NCBI GenBank assembly: GCA_951406725.2
Contig: OX597819.1
Span: 96,844,001-96,908,000 of the forward strand
DNA: 64,000 nt
Reading direction: 5' to 3'
Source of the DNA: Octopus vulgaris
Taxonomy: Eukaryota
Positions 13,165 to 27,140 of the stretch are shown in pieces (position 1 is the stretch's first letter; every line of letters starts with the position of its first letter). The notes beneath the pieces are model-generated. The model saw only the letters and a list, made by a program, of their open reading frames with translations. It had not been told where the DNA came from and ran no database searches. A program made the translations under genes and the position numbers.

Positions 13165-13482
13165 AGGCAAATAGCTCAGTGGCTAGAGCATCGGGCTCAC
13201 AATCATGAGGTAGTGAGTTCGATTCTCGGACCGGACTGTGTGTTGTGTTCTTGAGCAAGACATTTTATTTCACGTTGTTTCAGTGCACTCAGCTGTAGAA
13301 ATGAGTTGCGACGTCGCTGGTTCCAAGCTGTATCGGCTTTTGCCTTTCTCTTGGACAACATCGGTGGCATGGAGAGGGGAGGCTGGTATGCATGGGCGAC
13401 TGCTGGTCTTCTATAAACAACCTTGTTCAGACTTGTGCCTCGAAGGGTAATCCCATAGTCAGTCATATCCGAAGGGGATCTT
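13165..13482 (+). mobile_element. tRNA-headed SINE, third family
   Basis: A-box TAGCTCAGTGG, B-box GTTCGATTC, GTGTTCTTGAGCAAGACA; homologous inverted copy at 29605-29905. Confidence 0.85.
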
Positions 13483-13925
13483 TACCGCTTATCCTTTCTA
13501 GACACCATACAAGTCCAGCTATCACATATGTCAATGCATTTTATATGTACAACCACCCTATTTCTCCACTCACTTTTCATTACCAAGCCACCAATGATGC
13601 AGTCGTGTGATTGTGTGAAGTAAACGTAACTAAATTTATGTAAATATTACTCAAAGATAAACTTCACATTTACTAGCACTTCTTCTCCACCATCATATTT
13701 ACTATTTGCCTGTCCAAAATATTTTCGTCCACGCTTGTTTTCAGATTTTATTTAACCCTCGTTTCCTACGTTCTGAATAATATAAAGCTTCCCTTCATAA
13801 ATCCTAAGTTACTCCGGTGGTTGGGAAAGAAATTGGAAATGTGTATCATATATGATGCATGGACGCTAGGCAAATATGCCCTGTATATTACATGTGACAC
13901 ACAGGACAAGCAATGGGTTAATTAA

Positions 13926-14427
13926 TATTTCTTTACTGCCGACAAGGGGCTACACACAGAAGGGATAAACAAGGACAGACAAACAGATTTAGTCGATTAT
14001 ATCGACCCCAGTGCGACCCCGAAAGGATGAAAGGCAAAGTCGACCTCGGCGGAATTTGAACTCAGAACGTAGCGGCAGACGAAATACCTATTTCTTTACT
14101 ACCCACAAGGGGCTAAACACAGAGAGGACAAACAAGGACAGACAAACGGATTAAGTCGATTATACTTATTTAACCGACCCCGAAAGGATGAAAGGCAAAG
14201 TTGACCTCGGCGGGATTTGAACTCAGGACGTAGCGGCAGACGAAATACCTATTTCTTTACTACCCACAAGGGGCTAAACACAGAGAGGACAAACAAGGAC
14301 AGACAAACGGATTAAGTCGATTATACTTATTTAACCGACCCCGAAAGGATGAAAGGCAAAGTTGACCTCGGCGGAATTTGAATTCAGAACGTAACGGCAG
14401 ACGAAATACGACGACGCATTTCGCCTG
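13926..14427 (-). mobile_element. Tandem trimer of the Meta-domain-like SINE body
   Basis: Three ~160-bp units with junction GAAATACCTATTTCTTTACTACCC; flanked by imperfect direct repeats GCAAT(G/T)GGTTAAT(T/C)AA at 13910-13925 and 14428-14443. Confidence 0.88.
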
Positions 14428-15124
14428 GCAATTGGTTAATCAAAGCCACTTACAAACCAGTAGCGATTAACTCCCCTTCTTCACCATCGGCTTAACTAAG
14501 CCATTTCCATGCAGGTATTTCAACGGAATCCTAGGAAATGAGTGAAGGTTTACGTTAGCAACAATAGTAAAAGAGACTTTTTTAATATCAGTAATTACAG
14601 TTACCACGAGGACTGAGAAAATATTAACGGCTCTAACCCACATTTGAGCGTACTGCATCAAAATGCCTTGAATCGTAACGTCGCCTTTTTACCATACCCC
14701 ACAATAACCGAAGTTACTGACGTTCAACAAACTCTCCTGGATTTACCGTGTCCACACCAGCTTTATCTTTCTAATTGCCAAATTAGAAACCCTAAAATAA
14801 CTGCAGAGAAATTATTTCAAAATTTCTTTTATTCCGATTTTATATTCCATCCTAATTTTCGGTGCTGAACACTTAAAAATCTTTATTCTTGGGTTGTTTT
14901 ACGCATGCGCTGTTGAGATGTCAATTTTCACAGAAACGCTACATGAAACAAAAGCACTTTTGTCTCTTGTTTGCTTGTCAACGATAATAATGGTGCGTTT
15001 ACAATTCAATTAGGTTGATTTTTGCATAATTTTCCCATTTACACATGCACAGTCTGGAACTAAACGATTTAGTCATATAAGCAACTTACGCTACCACGTC
15101 ACCGCTTCTATCACATCACAAATA

Positions 15125-15970
15125 CAACTACCACCATCATCATTATCATACCAGCACCGCTACCACCACCACCACCACCACCACCACTAATACCACTACC
15201 ATCTCCGCAACACGACGTATACAACTACTTCCACCAACACAACACCACTACCACCATCACTACAATGCACTGCCACCGTTATCACCACACTTCTTACCAC
15301 ATCACCATCACACAACCACCGCATCATCCATCAGCTACTACCACAGCACCACGACCAACGTTAGAATCATTGTCGTCATCCACCACACTATCACAGTCAC
15401 CACAATACCATCACTACCACCATCACCATCACTATTAAAATAACAACCTGCTAACACTGTAACCAACACTACTGTCGCAAACACCACTACCACCATAGCT
15501 ACTTTCACTACCACCGACTACCACCACTAAAACGACCATATACCACGACCATCCACCACCATCCACCATCATTCACAACCATCATCCACCACCATCCACC
15601 ACCATCCACCATCATCCATCACCATCCACCACCATCCACCATCATCCACCACCATCATCCACCACCATCACTACTACCACAACTACTTCCACAATCAATA
15701 CAACTAGTACCGCCACCACTACTATCTCCATCACTATTTCTACTAGCACCACCACCATGACCATTACTATTAGTATCACTATATCAATCACTGCTACCAT
15801 CATTCTCACTTCTATTATCTATACCACTATTACAACCACCAACACTATCGCCATTACCACTACCACCGCTAACACTCTATCACCATCATGGCTATCATCT
15901 GCACCACTCAAACAACCACAACCATGTCACTACTACCACTACCGTTACCACACTAACACCACCACTGCAA
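15125..15970. repeat. CAC/CAT/TAC-rich low-complexity tract
   Basis: Directly visible, including (CCATCCACCA)n. Confidence 0.9.
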
Positions 15971-15989
15971 CAATATCTCGTTATCCGAT

Positions 15990-16285
15990 ATGGATTTCAA
16001 ATTTTAGCACATGGTCAGCAATTTCTGGGGAGGGGTTAGGTCAATTACATCGACCCTCATTGCTCAAGTGGTACATATTTTATGAAAGGCAAAGTCGACC
16101 TCGGCAGAATTTGAACTCAGAACGTAAAGACAGACGAAACGCAGTAAAGCATTTTGCCGGACGGGCTAACAATTCCGCCAGCTCACCTCTCTTCTCGTTA
16201 CCCAATATTTGGCACAAGGCAAGCAATTTTGAGGGAGGGGATAAGTCAATTACATCGACCTCCAGTGTTCAATTGGTACTTATTA
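15990..16285 (-). mobile_element. Meta-domain-like SINE fragments in tandem
   Basis: GAAAGGCAAAGTCGACCTCGGCAGAATTTGAACTCAGAACG, followed by a second tail fragment. Confidence 0.8.
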
Positions 16286-17036
16286 AAGCTAAAACTAGCT
16301 GGTCATGTCAGTTATTGGTAGAATATTGGCAGAATATTCCACATTCTACCCAAATTCCTATCACCAATATTGTGGTAAAATAGATAGTATGGGGAGCATC
16401 ACTCAGTTGTCATATTTGTTGATATACGTATTCTGTACTTGCTGTCTGTTTTCTGTCTTTTCTATGGCTAATCTAATGGCTTCTGCTCCTCAGATGTGGT
16501 TGGTATTGTACATCTACAACTCAGGTACCCACATCCCAAACGTCTCTCCTCTCGTCATTCTTTTTTGCGTCCAGCCCTCGTATTAAGCAATAATTAAGGC
16601 CGCCCAATACTTCTTCCCCACAACACGACTAGAATTCATTCTCCTCCTATTCATGTCTTTCCCGTGGGTTTTGACCTTCAAGAGTTTAAACGGATGACTA
16701 ACGTCATTAATCCGAACAGTCTAGATAGCATGCAGGGGTTATGAGCTCCTCCCGTTCCTCTTGATTCAGTTAGTAAAGAAATATAATAACTAAATAACAG
16801 GAAATATATTGGTTTCAATATTTGATTGCGTCCTTTACTATTCTCACCGAGACTAACATCATCTGAGATCGATAAAATAAATTTATCTCAATCAATGACG
16901 CCTTGTATTCATGTTAAAAATCCATAAAGCAATATTATAGTTGTTAGTACCAATTATTCTGGTTTTTAAAGTCTTTTAACTACAACATGAGCTGTTATCA
17001 TTAAAAGTATGTTTGGTAATAGACACGGAGCAATAT

Positions 17037-17250
17037 TGGTTTCTAATTTTGGTACAAAGCCAGCAATTTCGGGAGAGAGATAAGTAGATTACATCGACTC
17101 CAGTACTCATCAGGTACTTATTTTATCGACCCCGAAAGGAATTAAAGGCAAAGTCAACCTCGGCGGAATTTGAACTAAGAACGTAAAGGCGGACGAGATG
17201 TCGCTAAGCATTTTGCCCGACGTGCAAACGATTCTGAACGCATGCCGCCT
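17037..17250 (-). mobile_element. Meta-domain-like SINE
   Basis: TTATCGACCCCGAAAGGAATTAAAGGCAAAGTCAACCTCGGCGGAATTTGAAC. Confidence 0.85.
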
Positions 17251-18090
17251 TTGACACGGGGCAATGTTACCAACAGGAAAGCAATCACTGAAACACCATT
17301 CAATGTTGCGATTTTCTGTATTTAAACCATCAGTGAGCAGTCTGGAGTTCAGCTGCTTTTGACTAGGCAACAAAATTTATTATCAAAAGTTCTTCAGCCG
17401 TTACCATCTTGTCTTTTGTTTTTCAGATATATTGTATCTAGTACTCGCATTATCTAATCCATTATCTTTGTTTAAAATAATAAAGTGTGAATTGAGGAAG
17501 GCTTTGCTGTTATTTCTAGCAGATTCAATAACCACGTACATGCTCCCTAGTTGAATCGTTTATGGTTAGAGGGATTTGTATCTGTAATAGGGCGGTGGGG
17601 TCTGTCCTAAAGTAAACACATGACTATTAGTCCAACTATACTGCATCACGTGGTTACTTCACTGGGAACTACAGCTGCTGCTGCTTATAGTTGCTTGCGG
17701 AGGAAGAGAGGGAGAGAGACATAACAGATGTTGCATATTCTCCTTAAGGGGAGAGAATCACTTCAGAGTTTATATTTTATATTTTGTTTTGTTTTGTTTG
17801 TTCTTTCCTTATCTTGAGAGTTCAGTTGGTAAAGCCTTTTTTGTTCTGTTTCTTTGTAGAAAGATGACGTTTTTGTTGTTGTTTTTTGACGTAATAGTTC
17901 TTTACAGCTGGATGAAAAGTCAGCAGTTTTTAATCGGAAAATATTTCAAGGTTAGTACAAAACTAAAAGACTATGATGACCCCGGTGATATTTGAACTAT
18001 GAAACCAAATATTTTGTTAAATTTAGCCCTCTACTTCATCGCTACTGCCAATTCATCAACCTCAGTACTTTAATATTATCTCACCAGGTT

Positions 18091-18652
18091 AAGACGGCGA
18101 GCTGGCAGAGTCGTTAGCACACCGGGCAAAATGCTTCGTGATATTTCGTCCGTCTTTACAGAGTTCAAATTCCACCGAGGTCGACTTCACCTTTCATCCT
18201 TTCGCGGTCGAGCACTGGAGTAGATGTAATCGACTTAGCCCCTACCCCGAAATTGCTGGCCTTGGACCAAAATTTGAAACCGGGCAAAGGCGGCGAGCTG
18301 GCAGAAACGTTAGCACGCCGGGCGAACTGCTTAGGGGTATTTCGTCCGCCGCTGCGTTCTGAGTTCAAATTGCACCGAGGTCGACTTTGCCTTTCATCCT
18401 TTCGGGGTCGATAAATTAAGTACCAGTTACGCACTGGGGTCCATGTAATCGACTTAATCTGTTTGTCTGTCCTTGTTTGTCCTCTCTGTGTTTAGCCCCT
18501 TGTGGGTAGTAACGAAATAGGTATTTTGTCCATCTTTACGTTCTGAGTTCAAATCCCGTTGATGTCGACTTTGCCTTTTATCCTTTCCAAGTTGATCACT
18601 GGAGGGTCGATGTAATCAAATTAGCCCCTCCCCTTGTGCCAAACTTTAAAAC
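18091..18652 (+). mobile_element. Composite of three Meta-domain-like SINE units inside one pair of direct repeats
   Basis: AATATTATCTCACC(A/G)GGT at 18072-18089 and 18654-18671; heads GGCGAGCTGGCAGA at ~18096 and ~18292. Confidence 0.88.
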
Positions 18653-19129
18653 CAATATTATCTCACCGGGTGGGTGCGCTGTGTTTATATAACCTTTCAG
18701 ACTCAATGCTGTTAACTTAGAAATAAAACACAATATCACAAGACTGCATTGAGCCATTCATAAATGTAATGGCATAGCTTTAAGAACGCTAGTTTTGCTT
18801 CCGTTTAAATCTATGCCGGAGAAACTTGGTTAGAATCAATTATTTCAAAATATCTACACACACCACACACCACACACATGCACCATACACACACGCACAC
18901 ACACACACCTTTTTTTGTGTTAACAGACTGAGTAATATTTTATATTTATCTTCCATATTTTAGCATTTTCAGTTAAAAGCCTCTTCGAAGGCTTTCACAC
19001 TCGTAATCCCATCTGTTCCAACACATTTTAATCAATATCAATTTTCACGAAAACACCGTACCACATCCTCATTTACTCCGTCTTAATCTTCAGTCTGTTT
19101 CAGACATCTTTTTTTTTCTTTCACTACCG

Positions 19130-19198
<69 letters not shown>

Positions 19199-20762
19199 TG
19201 ATGACGATGATGATGGTTATTGTTGTTATTTGTACTTAGATGTAAACCAGCGTACATCACCCAGTATGAATATGTACACACGTATGCATACCGTCCACAC
19301 GAACATACACACTCATAGTGAGGTATACACATACACAAAGATGAACGTATCTATAATGATAATATACATACGCACTTTAATATGCATTTATGTAAATAAA
19401 ATCGGCATATATCACCACATGCTTATAACTTGGCGTGTGGTATGTGTTTGAGTATATGAAAATATCTTTATAAATACGTGTGTGTGTGTGTGTGTGTGCT
19501 TGAGTATATAATTCTATATTTGCACTCATATATCTATGTGTGCGTTTGCACGCGTGCTCACAAAGTATTCGCTATAATAGAAATATCACAGCACAGCAAA
19601 ACACGTACCGTATATGTGTGATCATATAAAACACTCCATAACACATAAGCTCTCCTTAACACATATATAAGCTAACACACTGCACAGATATACATTCACA
19701 TAATCATGGGAGTGCGATGAAAGAGGTGGGGAGAACGGGGAAGAGAGTGGGAGAAAGAGAGAGAGAGATGGGGAGAGAGAAAGCATGTAGATGGAGATAC
19801 GGAGAAAATGGTAAAAAAAAAAGAGAGGGAGATCAGATGGTAGAACCGGTGTGTAGACGGAAAGTAACAGAGAAAGAGAGAGAGAGTGAGAGAGAGAGAG
19901 AGAGAAAGGAATATTAAATGGAATATATCTCATAACACAGAAGAGTTCCTGCGTCGATATGTGCCAGCTTTTGCTAAAGAAGTGAACAAAAATGTAGATA
20001 TATAAAATCTTTATTATGCCAAGAGGAGTGTTTATGTAACACCATTAGGATGTGTATCGTTTATTAAATGAACGACTGGAGACGCCATATTTGAACAGTA
20101 TCTAGGTTATGGGAATCATCATTTGTGCAAAATGGCTTTTCTAAACTAAAATCTAAATCAAATAAGTACAACACAAACTACTAAACTCTCTTATTTTCTA
20201 CTTTTTTTATTCATTTATTTATTTATTATATCTTATTTAAATGGTTTATTTTTATTTTATTTTGTTTATTTGTTTGTTTGTTTTTTTTTTTGTTAAGTGT
20301 AAAGAAATTATAAGAAAAGCAATGGTGCTAAGTGAAAGAAAAATCAAGCATTGAATCTATGCTAATACGACATATTGGAAGTTATGAAAGGAAAAGATGT
20401 CGTGATGTCACGAGATGTAGACAAAAGTCTTTTGTATTTACCTGCTGCTGTTACGTAGCTGCATACAAGTCGGTAGAAAAATGTTCCGTTTACGTCGAAT
20501 GTACTGACTCTTACTCTCAACTTACAATACAATCTATCGCAGCATTTCAGCATATTTTCAACATGTTTTTACTGCATCAATATAACATAAAAGAGTGCTG
20601 TATGGAAATACCATAACAATGTTTACAGACTCTAGCATTGCTATTTTCTGAAACGATATATCTATCGTTATATATAATACGTTAATGACTTTATACAAAC
20701 GGCTGTACATCACTCCTATTGTGACAAATACATACGGAATAAAGGACAGATTTCTTAACCGC

Positions 20763-20830
<68 letters not shown>

Positions 20831-21099
20831 ATTTATATACCAATGAGATCAATGTGATTTTTAGCGTTTCAATATTTGATATTGCTATGTCGATAAGTTA
20901 TACACTATAGTCATTTTTGTCATGGAAAATTTAAGTTAGGGTATATCATGTGCTAGCAAGTCGTCTGTCTGTATATTATATTTCTATAGTATTTTCATTA
21001 TGTCGTTTTCTAAAATAGATGAAAGTATCAGAGCTTTTTCTCGCATAAGTTGCAGTTTGGTGGCTAGACGTTTGTAGATCAACATTGCTACTTTATTGT

Positions 21100-22900
21100 G
21101 TATACACCTATATCTTTTTGGAGCTTGGGTGGAACAATGTACCTGATACAATGTAGCCTCTTACTTCTGCAAATAAAACAGAAATAAGAGCGGCGACAAT
21201 AGTAAAGCTCTCAACCAACAATAACAACACCAGCACCAACATTACCCCCACCAGCTCGACAGAGAGTGGGCTGAATTTCAAGGCACAAAGCAAGGCCGTT
21301 TCCACCAACACTACCACCATTGATTCCACTGCAGTAGTCGGCAACATCGCTTAAGGTAGGAGTAACAGGAAGAAAACTATAGCAAGACGGCTACCAGAAT
21401 TGCTTCTTCTGCAAATGCAGCAAAAAGCACAAAGGATTGCTTTTACAGGCAGAATAAGTGAGAGAAACCATGCGAGAGGGCGGAAAGGTCACGTTAATCA
21501 TACATCTAGAAGTGGCCAAGATGTCAAAAATACACAGTTCCCATACATAAAATATCGATGCATTGAAATACACTCCCGTCTGCAAAAGTGTCTCGATGTG
21601 GTGTAGTGTAAGAAAACCTTCGTCATTCGCGACAGATGTTGAAGAACGATAGGCATGCGGTTCCACTTTGATGGTAACATAAAACAAAAAATGCCTTAGG
21701 TCCCGTCAAGAGCAAGGAGTTCATCCTCATTCCCTCATGTGTGATCTGGAGCGTGTTGAAGGTAAGAGTGATTGATGTACCACTAGAAATAATTATGTTT
21801 TGGCTGCTGTTTTAAATGACGAAGAGAATTATGCATCAACCCTGAAGGTGCACAATCTACGTCTAAAGAACTGGTTGAAAACAAGGATCGAGCACTTGAT
21901 CCGAGCAGATCAGAAAACTCCCAAAGCATTGTAGACGTCAACGAGCTATGAAATGATACCCAAAGGTCTATAGTGGTCAAAGATAGAAGGAACATGTTCC
22001 AGTTATATGGCTCCACTAACCATTTAAGCGCCTTGTACATACAGATGAGTACAAAAGAAAGCCGGCACTACTACTGCTAGCCTCTAAATAAGAACAACAA
22101 CCACAATAGCGGTAACACCGTCAACCAAAGTAAGAGTAGGAGCAAAAACATCAACAAATTCTCCAACAACCACAGAACTCACCACCATAGCCAAAAGAAG
22201 TTTCCTAAAAGTGATACCCTCACCCTCCAGTAAATCACAAATACTCAAGCACAGACATATCTTGTAACCACAGCGTCAGCAAAGATTTTAAATGATGAAC
22301 ATGTGTGATCACCGTTCATCAGGAACATCTTCCTACGGTTCATCTCTTTAGCAGAACACTAATCCTGAGTCAAGCGAAGATGAAGACTGAGAGAGCCTAA
22401 CATCTGGAATATTATCAGAGGCTCATAGCTCTCTACTAGTTGAGATTGATTGAAGTTCCAGTCAGCATTGTATACAGAACTAGCGGTTGAGAGGAGCTAT
22501 AACGTTCTCAGAGTAATTCTGGACGATCAAAGTAATCAACTCTCTCTTCCAGTGAAATTTCGACTCAGTTAGTTTTCCTGTCTAATTAGCTTTTGAGAAA
22601 ACGAACGAGGCTTTGAACCGTATCCTTTTCAGCCAAGCCCTCGTCAAAATTTTCAAATTCTCCTTAAGAACGAAAGTGAAGAATAGGTAGAAATATGCGT
22701 CACTTTTGAATAGGTACTGAAAGGTGGGTGAGAGTGGTCTAGGGAATGGATCACCTTTCAGCATGTCCCTCTAGGCCAAGGAATGATGGGTAAGAGCAAT
22801 ACTTAACCTTTGGGATTCCTTCAGTTATTCCAGGTGGTGGAACCTCGACTTTTTCAGTTTATCATAATTCATTTACTTTTCCTTACTCGCGCTATTCTGT
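21100..22900 (+). pseudogene. Highly decayed L1/Tx1-like relic (gag-like ORF1 remnant plus ORF2 C-terminus)
   Basis: VVKDRRNMFQLYGSTNHLSAL (~21973-22035) resembles an eroded CCHC knuckle; SQALVKIFKFSLRTKVKNR (~22632-22688) resembles the 5.1-kb Tx1-like C-terminus. Confidence 0.4.
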
Positions 22901-24396
22901 ATAAAAACGTATCCTTTGTGTAATTTGTTTATATAACTCCGTCTTCTTTTCTCGGTAAAAAGTATTGCTGGTGTTGCTGTTGTTGCTGCTGCTGCTGCTA
23001 TTGTGGCTGATGTGTACGATCACTAGACGCAGACAAGAGTTCCGTATAAGAATTTAATTTTACTACGTTTAAGGGGACATTTAAATAATTCCCCCAGTAA
23101 TACCTAGGGGAAGTAAAATAAGGTTTGTCTCATACATTTAGTTTGTTTTCAAATCTTTGCACCACATTGCTAACCTGTAATTCAATGTAGACGGCACTGA
23201 GGGAGTGAGAAGTGATAACCACCGAAGTAGTAGCAACGAATATGCAAAAAAAACAAATTTTGAATTATGAAGCAAAATAAACATTAAAAAGATAAAATGA
23301 ACAAAACGATGACAATTTATCAAAAAATTTATAGACACACATTTATACTATAACAGATACAAATGAAAAGAAAAATTGGCTACAGCCCAAATATTAGGAG
23401 CGAATGCAATAACAACAAGTGTACATATTTTGCTAGCGTTGCACACCAGGAAGAAATATTAAAAATACGGATGAGTTACAGGAAAAGAAAGGAGTGTTAT
23501 GTCAGAAAAAGGTAGCATCTCCTTGAAGAGTGAAGAAGAGTGCAAAATATTTTTACTTTTGCAAAGTGGAGAACGTTGGCATATGCGCCCGAAGTACTGT
23601 GAAGAAAGCCTTGATAGGTGTGCAGCACTATATATAGGACCATATGTACTTCATCGACCGGTACATGGCGTATGGAAGTGACTCTGGACAAAACTAGTAA
23701 ATACATTAAGGACAGGTGGTGAGTACAGAATGTGATACACAGCATGTGGTCTACAGAGATCTGCATGAACATGTGGGTTCTCATAAGGCCTGAAGATCAC
23801 AAGGTTTGGAGCTGTACGTCAATGCGAGAACAAGTGGGGGGATCAATTAAAATGGAAGCAAGAATGGAAAGCCTAATTTCCACACATGTGATAGTAATGG
23901 TAACGTTAAGACTTTCCAAGAGGAGGAGATGGAAAAACAGAAAGGGAAGGGGAACACAAAGGCAATAGCAATAACTGATCTAACCACTGTTTCCAGTATA
24001 TAACTGGTCATAACTCCGAGGATAACACTGAAGCGGAAGAATTCGCTTTGATTTTAGTGACGCAGGTAGAATGGAGTGGCAAAAAGGTAGAGCAGCAAGA
24101 GATTGGGTATTTTCTTCCATATACAGACCCAGTTCAAACTAGGGGCTCCGTCGACTGAGGTCTGTTGGATTTTTTCGTCACAATGAAAGCTTATAATTTT
24201 CTGGGTCATTATACAGAGAAACTGGTGTCTTTCTTGCTTTACTCGTTACTATTATCCAAAGAGCGGAAACGAGAAACTCAGAGTAAAGACAAGTGAAAAT
24301 TTCAATTTCCATTAAAACTTAAATAACTCAACTGTCTGTATTGAGTTCTCAACAAATTTATGTATGCATGTAGTATGTATGTATGTATCTATATAC

Positions 24397-24463
<67 letters not shown>

Positions 24464-24673
24464 GTGTGTGTGTATACATATACATATATATGCATATATG
24501 TGTGTTTGTTTGTGTGTGTGTGTAAGTCTGTGTGTGCGCATGTGTATGTGGTATATGTTATCTTTACTCAGAACTATCTCGGTCGTCTGCTTCACTGATT
24601 ATATGCTTGCTCGGCAATTTAATGTGATATCCGCCTATTATATTGATTAAACACACGCACGCGCGCACACACA

Positions 24674-24721
<48 letters not shown>

Positions 24722-25183
24722 AACACAAACAAACATACACAAACTCACATACATGCATACACACACATACACAAGTACACATACATATATATGCAATCCT
24801 GTGCTGTACATGTTTACGCCGCCATTCTGGCTCGTCTTATCGTTGTCTTTACTGTTTTCTCTATAGAAACTTTCCAACGTTTGATGTTGGCCGTATTTGT
24901 TGTCTTCTCATGAATCTATTGATTTTATGCTATTAAACCATCAAAGTGTTGTTCACTGATTTCTGTTTATAGCTCCATACAGCTAACATATCATCAACGC
25001 CACTGCTACTGTTGTAGTTGTTGTTGTTGTAGTTGATGTTGTAGTTGTTGTTATTGTTGATGGTCATAATGTTGATGTCATTTCTGTTGTCATTACGGCA
25101 TTTGCTGCTGCTGCTGCTAATACTACCACCACCATCACCACCACCACTACCACCACCACTACCACCACTATATCACCACCACC

Positions 25184-25255
<72 letters not shown>

Positions 25256-25269
25256 ACTACTACTATCAA

Positions 25270-25530
25270 CTCCACCACCGCCCACCACTATTACAACGAC
25301 TACAGCCTCTACTGCTTTTGCTACAACTACCACCAGGAACGCAACCACCACCACTGCAATCACTAATGCTACCACTACGAATACTACTACCACTACTATC
25401 ACCTCCACCACCGCCCACCACTATTACAACGACTACAGCCTCTACTGCTTTTGCTACAACTACCACCAGGAACGCAACCACCACCACTGCAATCACTAAT
25501 GCTACCACTACGAATACTACTACCACTACT
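25270..25530. repeat. Near-perfect 133-bp tandem duplication within a trinucleotide-rich tract
   Basis: CTCCACCACCGCCCACCACTATTACAACG...GAATACTACTACCACTACT begins at 25270 and again at 25403. Confidence 0.9.
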
Positions 25531-26759
25531 TCCACGAACACCATCAACGCCTCTGCCACCACCACCACCACCACCATACAACAACTACTACTACTACTAC
25601 TACTACTACTGTTTGTTTATATTTCCGTTAGCCTCAATATAACAAAATTAACACTTCATTCCCCATTATTCCTAGTTTACAGCTTATAGTATAATATATA
25701 CGTTGTATACATTACAGCGTATATATGATGCGAAAGGGTAGTGATATATAGTTATTCTATATTACAGTGTGTATATAGTGTATAGTGTATAGTGGTGGTG
25801 ATGGTATGTATTTGGTACAGACTTGCAGTGGTTGTAGTGGTGGTAGTAGTGGTAATAGTGATTGCCGTGATGGTAGTGGTGGTCTTATAGCTATTCTATA
25901 TTACAGTGATGGTAATGGTGGTGGTGGCGAGGATGTTGATATCAGTCATTGTCGTAGTGGTGGTAATGAAAGTAGTAATGGCTTATTCGTTGCTGATGGT
26001 TTGGGCGATATTCGTGATGGTACTGATGATGCTGGTGGTAATGCCAGTTGTGGTGGTGATAGTAGAGGTGCTGGGCGTATTAATAGTAGTAGCGGTTGCT
26101 GTGATGGTAGTGATAGTTGTAGTAAAAAACAACCATTATAACAGCCTTATATTCACTGGACCTTATTACTCTTATTGCAGTGATCACAAAAGCAAGGAAG
26201 CGATGAACGTCACAACACATCAGTTCCCTATCATAAACATACAGTTTCTAGCTGAATGTACGAAATCCCGAATGTAGAATTTGTTGTATACAGTTCGACG
26301 TTGTATGATTGCATTCTCATATCTTTGAGTTGATGAACCTGGTTCGGCCTCTGATCATTGGTATTTATTTCAATATTAACGGTGACGATATTAAAACCAC
26401 ACCCTAACTCTTACATACATAAAAGTTCTAGAATTTATGTGTTTTTAATACATTTTTGACAATTGTCCATTATATTCATTATCAAAATTAAATGTCAGTT
26501 TTAATTAGCGATATTTTTGAATATGTTTCATGGTTTCGAAATTTTGATTTATTCATTTATTTGCAGTTCTTTCGCAAAATTCTTCGTATGAAACCGTGTG
26601 TTGAAACACATACCGTGTTCTTTTAAAGGGTCATTTTGCTAGTAAAAATACACAACACTGATTGTCCTTCACTTCTTTATTTATTGACTTATTTATCCAA
26701 ATCCTTTTGTTACATGGCTATAGTCTTCTAAATGAGTTCGTATATTTCTGGAGAAGAGT

Positions 26760-27140
26760 GGAGGCGCAATGACCCAGTGGTTAGGGCAGCGGGCTCGCGG
26801 TCGTAGGATCGCGGTTTCGATTCCCAGACCGGGCGTTGTGAGTGTTTATTGAGCGAAAACGCCTAAAGTTCCACGAGGCTCCGGCTGGGGATGGTGGCGA
26901 ACCCTGCTGTACTCTTTCACCACAACTTTCTCTCACTCTTTCTTCCTGTTTCTGTTATACATGTGTTTCAAAAGGCCAGCCTTGTCACACTCTGTGTCAC
27001 GCTGAATCTCCCCGAGAACTACGTTAAGGATACACGTGTCTGTGGAGTGCTCAGCCACTTGCACGTTAATTTCACGAGCAGGCTGTTCCGTTGATCGGAT
27101 CGACTGAAACCCTCGTCGTCGTAACTGACGGAGTGCCAAC
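26760..27140 (+). mobile_element. tRNA-headed SINE, fourth family, full length
   Basis: GGAGGCGCAATGACCCAGTGGTTAGGGCAGCGG..TCGCGGTC...GGTTTCGATTCCC head; the same head occurs on the minus strand ending at ~35525 and ~37090. Confidence 0.9.

Noticed and set aside
23470-24030. Purine-rich segment with short ORFs, possible second ORF1 relic
   Set aside because: No motif that I can support.
26760-26835. tRNA gene (also at ~13170 and ~54945)
   Set aside because: A/B boxes are present, but they are heads of multi-copy SINEs without a complete cloverleaf.
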